Below, piece after piece: positions 55,586-64,000 of a stretch of 64,000 nt of DNA. Both the position numbers and the translations under genes were made by a program. How positions within the stretch are numbered: the stretch's first letter is position 1; the number at the start of each line of letters is the position of its first letter. A model generated the notes under the pieces. The model saw only the letters and a program-made list of their open reading frames with translations. It did no database searches and was not told the origin of the DNA. The stretch comes from Stramenopiles sp. TOSAG23-2 (taxonomy: Eukaryota): positions 1 to 64,000 of the forward strand of contig LT649243.1 of the NCBI GenBank assembly GCA_900128395.1, in the 5' to 3' direction.

Positions 55586-58500
55586 ATGGATATAAAGAGT
55601 ACCGATATATATATCGATGAAGAAGTACGTCCTTTAAATAAGAAGACGAAGAAAACAACAAATCTACCATTATCTTCTATACCAAAGAATATAGTAGCAC
55701 GTGATAGTATTCAGAATGATAATAATAATATTGTGGTAATAAAACGTAATAATCATAATAACAACAACGACAAGAGTAATGCCATAAACTCTTCATCAAG
55801 TAGTAACTTTCACAATCGTCGATCATATGTAAATAATAATAATGCAAATGATAGAGACAATAGTATCAACAACAACAATCAATTTAACAACTTAACAAGG
55901 CAACAAAAAATATATGGACCTACGTTAAAAATTGATACTCAACATGTTCAAAACGTAATGGCAGCAACAGCTAATTATTTAAGAAAATCCGTGGAAACAT
56001 GTTCACCTGCTTCAACAATATCAAACATCACACCACTTAATAACAATGACATGGATGCATATGAAAATAAAAGCAATGTTGACATTGTCAACAGACGTAC
56101 TACTAGTAGTAGCACTGTTAGTATTGAAAGTGAAGAAGATAGCAGCAATGAGGGTGTTTATAATATGCTATATAACCACCGTCAATATCCACTTTCTTCT
56201 ATTATTACCACTGGTAGTGGTGGTGGTAGTAGTAATGTAGAAACGGAGCATACGATGAATGTTGAAAGACAAACTACTTTAATAAATGGACCTCATATTA
56301 TAAGCGAACCATTATACGATGGTAACGATGACACTACAACAAACATGATGAATACAAACATTCAACCGCTAAGTGCCGTTACCCGTTCAAGCGCTGCAAA
56401 TAGCATTGATTTTAACAATACCACATCATCATCAAGAGGATTAGCATCACCATTAGGTAGAATGATATTAAGGAGTCCAAGTCCATCCATTGTATATCGT
56501 AAACAAGTACATCGCAAGGATGATGATGATCGCAACAAGAAGAACAGGAACAACAACAATGTAATCAATGTTTTAGAAAGTAAAGATGGCAAACATTATG
56601 CTAATAGTATTCATTTTGAAAATGCCAAGCCAAAATCACCAACATGGTCTGTAAAGTTGCATCAATTTAAACATAATGTTAATAATACAACTGGTATACA
56701 TAGACGTACAACACCCAACTCATCTAGCTCTTTAGTACGAGAGTCTTTTTCTTCCTCATCGGATGATGTAAGTTTAGAAATGGAAACCTCAAGCTTTGAA
56801 GATAGAAGTGTTAATCGTATGAATAAACCAGATTTTCAACGTTCAAGATCTGTTGATTTTGTAAATCAACAAATATTATCAAATAATGCAAGAAATGCTG
56901 GAAAAGGTAATAAATATAGAATACGTAACAGAGAAAAAAGTTTATCATCTGATATTGCATTTGATGGTGAAATACGTAATATATCAATCAGAAGGAAATT
57001 AAGTAAAGTATCTGATGTAGGAGAAGGAGATGATGAGGAGGAGGATATAATTTTCTCATCAATACTTGATGATTCTTCCATGGCGATTGATAAAAATAGG
57101 AATAAAGATATAAATAGTTTTCGTTCCATTTCAAATAGCAGAAAAAGGCAACAAGATGGTAGTCCATGTGAATTTGAGGCACCACCTAAAATAACTGCAA
57201 AATCCAATTTATGTTATAATTTTACAGAAGCTGTTAGCGATAAGAATATGAATAATGACGATGGGGATTTTGATGTACCATCACCACCTCAACAAATACG
57301 TCATAATAATAATAAACCCCTATATGTAGATAATGGATTAGATTTACCACCATTACGTAGAACATTAAGTCCGAATTTTATGAATGCAAGAGGGAGGAGC
57401 AGAGTCGTTATACCACGTGGTAGACGTAGTGGTGGTGGTGTTGGTGATAGTAGTTTTAACAATATTCGTCCAGACGATAATGAGATGATGCAAGAAAAAT
57501 TTCTAAGTGTGAAACATTTACCATCACCATCACCACCAGCAAAAATAATTGATCCGGCTGAAACAGTGACGAATACTGCTATGGATGCAAATAATGTAGA
57601 TATTTGTGGATTGTCTTCAATGGATGATGAAGATGGTCGCTTGTCAATGCCACCACCGATGCCTATCACAGCTCAAAAGACCATTGAACAAGCGCCTATT
57701 GTACCAATGCCAATGGAAGAGCCAGAATTTTTATTACCAACGATAGATAGTAATAATGGTTGTGTATTGAAAACCGTATCATGTGAAACAGTAAATCGTT
57801 TAGTGAATGGTGAATTCAATGATACGGTGAAGAAATATATTATAGTTGATTGTAGATTTGAATATGAATATAAAGGTGGTCATATTAAACATGCAATTAA
57901 TATTGTGAAACCAGAACATGCTATTGAAAAATTCTTCAAAGAAAAGATTCATGATATGAATACGTGTATATTGTTTCATTGTGAATTTAGCTCCCATCGA
58001 GCTCCGAAAATGATGAGAGAGGTACGCAATTTAGATCGTAAATTGCATGAAGAATCGTATCCACAATTGTATTATCCACAATTGTATTTAATAAAAGGTG
58101 GATATAAAGAATTTTTCAAAACCTTTGTGGAAAATTGCGAACCGCAAGCATATGTTGAAATGTTACATGGTGACTTTAAAGATGTTTGCAAATCAACTGC
58201 ATCATTGGTGCGTAAAAGTTGGAAGAGGCATAAAAGTTTTGATATGGATATCTTGCGACATAGTTCACCAGCATTGTTATCAACAATAAACCAATTATCT
58301 GGTGGGAATGATGGTAGTAGTAGCAAAAGGAATAATAATAATAATAGAAGTAGTAGTAGTAGTAGTATGCGTAGTAGTCGTGATAATAAAAGGAATAGAC
58401 GTAATCGCAGTACGAATCGTAGTATTGGCAATTTTCCACGACATAGAAGAAGTGTTAATTTATTTGCAGATGATGATGATGAGGAGGATGATAGTAGTAG

Positions 58501-58651
58501 TAGCAGTAATGAACGACCTGTTCTTAATAGACGCACGTCTTATAGCGAAGGATTTTCTGATTTTGTCATGCCAACAACATTTACCAATAATACTAGTAGC
58601 TTTAATGCAAGAGAAAGGGATCATAATGGACGAGAGGCTAACACGTTTTAA
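55586..58651 (+). CDS. CDC25: Cdc25 M-phase inducer phosphatase
   Basis: IIVDCRFEYEYKGGHIKHAINI, active site FHCEFSSHRAP, RNLDR and YPQLYYPQLYLIKGGYKEFF...CEPQAYVEM. Long S/TP-rich disordered N-terminus. Confidence 0.92.
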   Translation: MDIKSTDIYIDEEVRPLNKKTKKTTNLPLSSIPKNIVARDSIQNDNNNIVVIKRNNHNNNNDKSNAINSSSSSNFHNRRSYVNNNNANDRDNSINNNNQFNNLTRQQKIYGPTLKIDTQHVQNVMAATANYLRKSVETCSPASTISNITPLNNNDMDAYENKSNVDIVNRRTTSSSTVSIESEEDSSNEGVYNMLYNHRQYPLSSIITTGSGGGSSNVETEHTMNVERQTTLINGPHIISEPLYDGNDDTTTNMMNTNIQPLSAVTRSSAANSIDFNNTTSSSRGLASPLGRMILRSPSPSIVYRKQVHRKDDDDRNKKNRNNNNVINVLESKDGKHYANSIHFENAKPKSPTWSVKLHQFKHNVNNTTGIHRRTTPNSSSSLVRESFSSSSDDVSLEMETSSFEDRSVNRMNKPDFQRSRSVDFVNQQILSNNARNAGKGNKYRIRNREKSLSSDIAFDGEIRNISIRRKLSKVSDVGEGDDEEEDIIFSSILDDSSMAIDKNRNKDINSFRSISNSRKRQQDGSPCEFEAPPKITAKSNLCYNFTEAVSDKNMNNDDGDFDVPSPPQQIRHNNNKPLYVDNGLDLPPLRRTLSPNFMNARGRSRVVIPRGRRSGGGVGDSSFNNIRPDDNEMMQEKFLSVKHLPSPSPPAKIIDPAETVTNTAMDANNVDICGLSSMDDEDGRLSMPPPMPITAQKTIEQAPIVPMPMEEPEFLLPTIDSNNGCVLKTVSCETVNRLVNGEFNDTVKKYIIVDCRFEYEYKGGHIKHAINIVKPEHAIEKFFKEKIHDMNTCILFHCEFSSHRAPKMMREVRNLDRKLHEESYPQLYYPQLYLIKGGYKEFFKTFVENCEPQAYVEMLHGDFKDVCKSTASLVRKSWKRHKSFDMDILRHSSPALLSTINQLSGGNDGSSSKRNNNNNRSSSSSSMRSSRDNKRNRRNRSTNRSIGNFPRHRRSVNLFADDDDEEDDSSSSSNERPVLNRRTSYSEGFSDFVMPTTFTNNTSSFNARERDHNGREANTF

Positions 58652-58733
58652 ATATGTGGTGAGAGAGCGACAAAATACGAGAAGTTCGCGTGTAAAATTA
58701 TGATGTGATGTAATAATGCTTTTTACTTTTCTT

Positions 58734-61406
58734 TTATACCGCACCACCAAAATTCCTATTCGTATTTCCATTTCTCTTCTTACTCTTCTCCTCATTTGAA
58801 TTCGCTTTCCATGCTTCACCTTTACTGAAATTTACCACCCAACCACCACCCGTTCTTTTCTCTTTTTTTTCTTTACGTTTTTTCTGTTGTTTTAATTTTT
58901 CTTCTCGATCACGTTTTGCTATTTCTTCTAGTTTTTGACGTCTTTCCATTTCCTCTGCATATAATTTTTCCATAATTTGTTTCCTTTTCGCCATATCTTC
59001 TTTTTGTTTTTGTTTTAATAACTCGTTTTCTTTTTCTTTTAACTCTTTCAATCGCTTTTTATGTGCAGCTTCTGCTTCTTTCATTTTTTTTTCTTTTTCT
59101 AAACGTTTTTGCTCCGCTTCTAATTCTGCTTTTTTACGTATTTCCTCTCGTCGTCTTTGTTCCTCTTCAAATTTTTTTCGTTCTTCTTCTTTTCGTTGTT
59201 GAGCTTCCTCTTCCCATATTCTAAAACGTTCTTCTTTCTCCGCTTTTCGTTTTGCCACAATTTCTCTTTCTCTTGCCTCTTGCTCATCTAAACGTTTTAA
59301 TTCTTCCTCTAATAATCGTGCTTCTTCTGCTATTTTTTTCCGTTCCGCTTCTATCTGTTTTTGTCTTTCTTCTTTTTCCTTCAATGCTTTTGCTTTATCT
59401 TGCTCTTTTTGTAATAATGCTTCCTTCGCTTTATCTATTTCATCTTGCTCTTTTCTACCAATTTCACATTCAATTTGAAACGGACTTTTTTGTATATGTT
59501 CACCAAAGCAAGTAATGAAAATCGTCCATTTTCCACTTCGTGGTATTTTAAAGACTCCATCATATGAACCGTCAAGATTATCATCAATATATGCATCTTC
59601 AAAATAATACTCGCCTTCATTTTCATTGAATAAAGATAGTAAAAACGAATCTCCACCCATATTTCTTTCATTTCCATGTGTATCTACTGCTTGTATTTTA
59701 AATTTAACACGTTTGCCACTTTCAATATAATCAAATTTCGTTTCCGCATTTGGTACATAACACAAGTTTGGTTTGGTACCAACAATTGTGGCAACAAAAT
59801 GTTTTCTACCACATTGCAATGATAAGACTTGTTTTTTTTTTAACATTGTAACTTGTTTTGGAGACCATTCAGCATTTATATTATCATTTTTTGCACTGGT
59901 AACACCTGCTCGTGACATTAGACTATTTTCCATTTGTTTTTCTTCACTAAGACCCCATGTATATAATTCACCAAATTCATTCATAGCAAATACTTGACTT
60001 TGACTACATATCAAATCAGTTGTTTTCTTTCCATCCATTTCCTCAATATGTTTCGGTATATTTAAACTTTCCACTAAACTTGGATGTGCTTGCCCCGCAT
60101 TATTAAAACCACAACCATAAATGGTATTGTCTTTTGTTAAAAATATGGTATATTCTTCCCCACACGCTGTCAATGCAATTGGTATGTTGGATATGACAAA
60201 TTCGATTTTCGTAAATTCGCATACATCATCAAGATGACCAAGACCTAATTGACCAACCGAGTTTGATCCAGTAGAATAGCAAGATCCATCAATTAATGTT
60301 AATAGACTATGTGCACCACCAGCACTAACATGTGTGATTTCATTATTAAAATGTTTTGTAAGTTCCGTTGGCACTAAAATTTTCTCATTATTATTATCAG
60401 TAGTAGTAGTAGTAGTAGTATCTATTCCTAATTGACCATGTTGATTCCAACCAAAACAAAATAATCTTTTTTCATCATTTTCTAAAATAAATGTATGTGC
60501 AATTCCACATTTAACAGCAATTATATTGTAATTATTCATTGTTTCAATTTGTACAGGAAATGCTTTGTTTTTCATATCTCCATGTCCCAATTGACCTTGC
60601 ATGCCGATACCCCATGAAAATGTTCCATCATTCAAAGTAGTTACGACGGAATGACCAGCGCCACAAGAAACATGCATTACTTTTCTACCAATTAAAACAG
60701 GAATAATTACCGGTGTATCTACAGGCTCATCCGATGATACTCCTGTGCCTAATTGACCTTGAGCATTTCGACCCCAACTATATGCTTCTCCAACTTCTGA
60801 TACAGCAACATTATGACTCATACCACATGCAACATCTGTAATATAATAACTTTTCAATCCAGTTACCATTTTTGGATACATACCACCCGTATTACCTCTT
60901 CCACCTCTTCTACTTTTATCATGCCCTAAAACACTTGCATCTTTGCCATTTGTCCAAGATATGACATTATTTACAGTGCCTCTAGGTGTTTTATCTGCGA
61001 TTTTCTTAATTTCATTTGCCGCTTCTATAATGGCAGGTGCACTTGGATTAAGTGCAACAGCACGTTGGAAAAAATCATTTGCTAAATGCATTTTATTTAA
61101 ACTTTTTGATGATTTTCCAGCAAAAAAGTAGCCAAAAAAAGATGTTGGTGCAAGGGCAATGCACGTTAGACTATCATTCAGTGATTGTCCGTAATATTTT
61201 AATTCATGCCTAACCGCAGAACGCAAGCCCCATAACAATGCAGAATATGGCTCAAGTTCAAGAGCTTTTGAATAATTAATTTCTGCTTCTTCATAATTAT
61301 TATTTTTTACATTAATATCTGCGTTATTTTTCAAACTTATTGCATCTGGATTTTTTAATGGATTCTTATCCAAACCAAATTCTCCTGTCGATGCACCAGC
61401 GCCCAT
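58734..61406 (-). CDS. TPR - RCC1 repeat - filamin/Ig - coiled-coil protein with a putative N-myristoylation site
   Basis: MGAGAST N-terminus. TPRs (YEEAEINYSKALELEP). RCC1 repeats (VACGMSH...WGRNAQGQLG). Filamin-like AVDTHGNERNMGGD...DNLDGSY...GEHIQKSPF. E/K-rich tail. Confidence 0.88.
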   Translation of the reverse strand: MGAGASTGEFGLDKNPLKNPDAISLKNNADINVKNNNYEEAEINYSKALELEPYSALLWGLRSAVRHELKYYGQSLNDSLTCIALAPTSFFGYFFAGKSSKSLNKMHLANDFFQRAVALNPSAPAIIEAANEIKKIADKTPRGTVNNVISWTNGKDASVLGHDKSRRGGRGNTGGMYPKMVTGLKSYYITDVACGMSHNVAVSEVGEAYSWGRNAQGQLGTGVSSDEPVDTPVIIPVLIGRKVMHVSCGAGHSVVTTLNDGTFSWGIGMQGQLGHGDMKNKAFPVQIETMNNYNIIAVKCGIAHTFILENDEKRLFCFGWNQHGQLGIDTTTTTTTDNNNEKILVPTELTKHFNNEITHVSAGGAHSLLTLIDGSCYSTGSNSVGQLGLGHLDDVCEFTKIEFVISNIPIALTACGEEYTIFLTKDNTIYGCGFNNAGQAHPSLVESLNIPKHIEEMDGKKTTDLICSQSQVFAMNEFGELYTWGLSEEKQMENSLMSRAGVTSAKNDNINAEWSPKQVTMLKKKQVLSLQCGRKHFVATIVGTKPNLCYVPNAETKFDYIESGKRVKFKIQAVDTHGNERNMGGDSFLLSLFNENEGEYYFEDAYIDDNLDGSYDGVFKIPRSGKWTIFITCFGEHIQKSPFQIECEIGRKEQDEIDKAKEALLQKEQDKAKALKEKEERQKQIEAERKKIAEEARLLEEELKRLDEQEAREREIVAKRKAEKEERFRIWEEEAQQRKEEERKKFEEEQRRREEIRKKAELEAEQKRLEKEKKMKEAEAAHKKRLKELKEKENELLKQKQKEDMAKRKQIMEKLYAEEMERRQKLEEIAKRDREEKLKQQKKRKEKKEKRTGGGWVVNFSKGEAWKANSNEEKSKKRNGNTNRNFGGAV

Positions 61407-61906
61407 ATGTGTGTGTGTGTGTTATCCAATAAAATAGAATAATCACACAGAGAAAGAAATGGATAGATTGATATTTGTGTGTGTGTGTGTTTTATTGCTT
61501 GTTATCATATGTATATTCCTTTTCTTCTATGATTTAGAATGATATATATTTAGGATTTAGTACTATAGAAGAAGTAAAAGTTTGTTCGATAGCATTATAT
61601 AATAACACTACTCACTATTGAAAAAATAAATTTTTTCGCGCATTATAATACAGGTTGGTGTCAAACAAAATAAAAGATACAAAAAAACTGGAGTAAATAT
61701 ATGATAGCAATACACACACACACATATGTTCGGTATGTTTTTTAGTGCGTGTTCTTTTTAAAAAAAATTTCACGTGAACATATACGTATCTCTCACACAA
61801 AACACTACCATGGTCCATTTCTTCCATCATGACATATATATATGCCGATCTACATATCCAAAGATATATATATATATATAATATTCTCTTCATTTTGTAC
61901 ATGTTT

Positions 61907-62764
61907 TTAAGATCTCCATATCATCTCTTGTGTATATCCTAATTTTGCAAGGATAGAATCGGACTCCAAGGGATCCATACGAGAACCAGCCATTGAATTA
62001 TAAAAACCAGGTGTACCGCATATCCACATTTGAGAATCGCTTGATGGTGGGAAAGCAAGGCGTTTCAATTTTTCAGCATCAATCCATCCATGCTCACCAC
62101 CTTGTCCACTTGTATCATTCGCAGTTTTTCCAACAACATAAGTAACTTTTAAACGTCCACCACTTGAAGCGGCCATTGCATCAATTTCTTTTTTCAACAT
62201 AATATCTTGTGTTGTATTATTTCCATAAATTAAACGAACTTCCGTTTGATCTCCAGATGTTTTTAATAATGGATATAAAGCTTGGTACATTGGTGTGATA
62301 CCTGTACCAACTGCAACCATTGTGATTTTTTTTTTGTTAAATGGGTAACGCCATGGTTTTACATTTCCTCCAAATTGACAAAAACCGACTTGATCGCCAG
62401 CTTTAATATTGCCAGCAAACTTTGAGATAGTTCCTTCCTCATATTGTTTTACAAGCAAGGAGAAGGAACCAAGTTGACTATTAGGTGTGATCGGATTATA
62501 TGGTTTTGCTGCTTCTTCGCCATTTTCATCTACACCTTGCATCATTATACATGCAGATACTGGAAGATTTAATGATACACCATCCGGCAAGCCAAACGTC
62601 AATACTTTTGAATTATGTGTTTCCTGTTTCACAGATAGGCAAGGAACTTTAATGTAAGACGAGGAAGGGAAATAACATGGCGGATCACTTGCAAATTCCG
62701 CATCGTTCGGTATTGCTTGAAATTTTCCCGCTGTTGGGTTATGTTGTAGTTGTACTCTTGACAT
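61907..62764 (-). CDS. NADH-cytochrome b5 reductase family flavoprotein
   Basis: KPYNPI, LLVKQYEEGTIS, MVAVGTGITPMYQ, LIYGN and ICGTPGF. Confidence 0.92.
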   Translation of the reverse strand: MSRVQLQHNPTAGKFQAIPNDAEFASDPPCYFPSSSYIKVPCLSVKQETHNSKVLTFGLPDGVSLNLPVSACIMMQGVDENGEEAAKPYNPITPNSQLGSFSLLVKQYEEGTISKFAGNIKAGDQVGFCQFGGNVKPWRYPFNKKKITMVAVGTGITPMYQALYPLLKTSGDQTEVRLIYGNNTTQDIMLKKEIDAMAASSGGRLKVTYVVGKTANDTSGQGGEHGWIDAEKLKRLAFPPSSDSQMWICGTPGFYNSMAGSRMDPLESDSILAKLGYTQEMIWRS

Positions 62765-63190
62765 TTTTATTTATTTAAAGAGGTATTTACTATTCACGGT
62801 ATAAAATTATTGTACTTTTTGGAAATTTGTTTACATTTATCATCTTATCTTTCTATTTTATATATCTTTTTGTAAAAAGTTGCAACATTTTTGTAAAAAT
62901 TTGATTAGACACAGAAAAAATAATAAGCCTTCACCTCACCACACTAACACTATACCACACTGGCAGTCGTCTGATTATAAATAATCCTTAATAAGGCGGT
63001 TCTTCTTTAATATAATTTTAATACTGTAATGTCAATCATATTGGAATACAGTTAAGGAAAATATATTATTTTTAGAAGTACCTCGTAAGTAGCATAGTAT
63101 ACGAGAAATAGTATCTTGTATGGGAAAATAGTTTGATCCAGAGGCTGATTGGCACATGATTTTTCGTCGTCTACAATCTAAATCCCCCTT

Positions 63191-63257
63191 GCTGGCTTGC
63201 AACGTTGCCAGCTGGGCCAGGTTGCAACTATAGAGCGGATCCTCTCTATAGTTGCAA
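63191..63257. repeat. GC-rich palindromes: a 36-bp near-perfect palindrome and an adjacent short hairpin
   Basis: ttgcaactatagag-c-ggatcc-t-ctctatagttgcaa at 63222-63257; gctggc...gccagc at 63191-63212. Confidence 0.85.
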
Positions 63258-63349
63258 ACGCCCTTCACTTCCTTTTTTTATATCATTTTTAATTAATATT
63301 TTATTGAAATTATTATTTTAAATATTTAAAATTAAAGTGCTGATAATTT

Positions 63350-64000
63350 TTAATACACACCAAAACGTCGTGCAACTACCAACGCGACAAGACTCATAAC
63401 AGAGGTAAAACCAGCCACGATTTTACTTGCCAACGTTTCATCGACTGGATGGCCGTATATTTTTAAAGACAACCTGCTCGCTTGTCGCCATGCGTTGAAC
63501 ATCTCGTAGGAACCGTTGAATTTTTTATGTACAATAATATTTAGAATTTCAGGATTATTAAAATGCCTTTCAATTTCATTTTGATAGATTTTAAAAATTA
63601 ACGATGCATCACCGACCATTACTTTAGACACTATAACTGACATCAATATTTGCGAGGCACCCATTAAATATTTCATAACCTTTCCTCCTAAATTTAAATG
63701 TGCAGCCCTTTCTGTATCTAACGGTTCGAGTAAATACATTCCGATTCCAGCTAACATCAAAGGCACAGTGAATAAAAAATTTGTAGAAATTAATCGTGAT
63801 CTCATTTTAATTTCTTCATCCAAAAATTTTTTTTCGCCTCGATGAAACTTGCCTAATTTTTCCATTGTCTCATTGCTGTCACATTTTTCATCGATTAAAA
63901 TTGAAAACAGTTTTTTTGCATACATCGTTGTTCTAATTTTTAGACATTTATAATGCAGTTCATTTAATATAAACATAGGCCCGATAATTACATTAAATGG
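63350..64000 (-). CDS. 3' part of a multi-pass membrane protein with a GR-like/DUF3537-type 7TM C-terminal motif; 5' end lies beyond the window
   Basis: Frame is open to the window edge. Several TM helices, ending LSLKIYGHPVDETLASKIVAGFTSVMSLVALVV. Confidence 0.6.
   Translation of the reverse strand, partial: PFNVIIGPMFILNELHYKCLKIRTTMYAKKLFSILIDEKCDSNETMEKLGKFHRGEKKFLDEEIKMRSRLISTNFLFTVPLMLAGIGMYLLEPLDTERAAHLNLGGKVMKYLMGASQILMSVIVSKVMVGDASLIFKIYQNEIERHFNNPEILNIIVHKKFNGSYEMFNAWRQASRLSLKIYGHPVDETLASKIVAGFTSVMSLVALVVARRFGVY

Noticed and set aside
735-61131. Numerous 60-230-aa antisense or alternate-frame ORFs inside long genes (e.g. 5236-5934, 37108-37668, 58072-58536)
   Set aside because: They are shadows of the main ORFs and their trinucleotide tracts, with no recognisable motifs.

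Overview
AT-rich, gene-dense, intron-poor eukaryotic nuclear DNA read in the standard code, probably from a protist. A stramenopile is a tentative guess from protein architectures and poly-Asn tracts. About 20 protein genes are supported: an acidic helical-repeat protein, a PB1-kinase-IQ-WD40 MAPKKK, MIC10, a small spliced tail-anchored ORF, a PHTF-like protein, Cdc37 with an N-terminal extension, TrmO, a spliced triple-domain PTP, an LRR protein, a coiled-coil/WD40 protein, TSC2-like, TMEM184, an ABHD13-like hydrolase, a J-domain protein, Cdc25, a TPR-RCC1-filamin protein, cytochrome b5 reductase and a partial GR-like 7TM protein. The most striking region is a head-to-head pair at 41.9-49.9 kb. 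One gene encodes a caspase-like CHAT protease fused to a Schlafen-type SF1 helicase and LRRs. The other encodes a polyprotein with a divergent ubiquitin flanked on both sides by LRLRGG cleavage sites, followed by a RING/Rcat E3 module and a Gly/Ala-rich hydrophobic tail. Together they are a candidate protist innate-immunity or cell-death module (inference). Intergenic DNA carries several local tandem duplications, a MITE-like inverted repeat, a WW-domain relic and a recurrent GC-rich GGCCCAGC(T/A)GG hairpin element upstream of three genes. All family calls come from motif recognition by eye; no searches were run.
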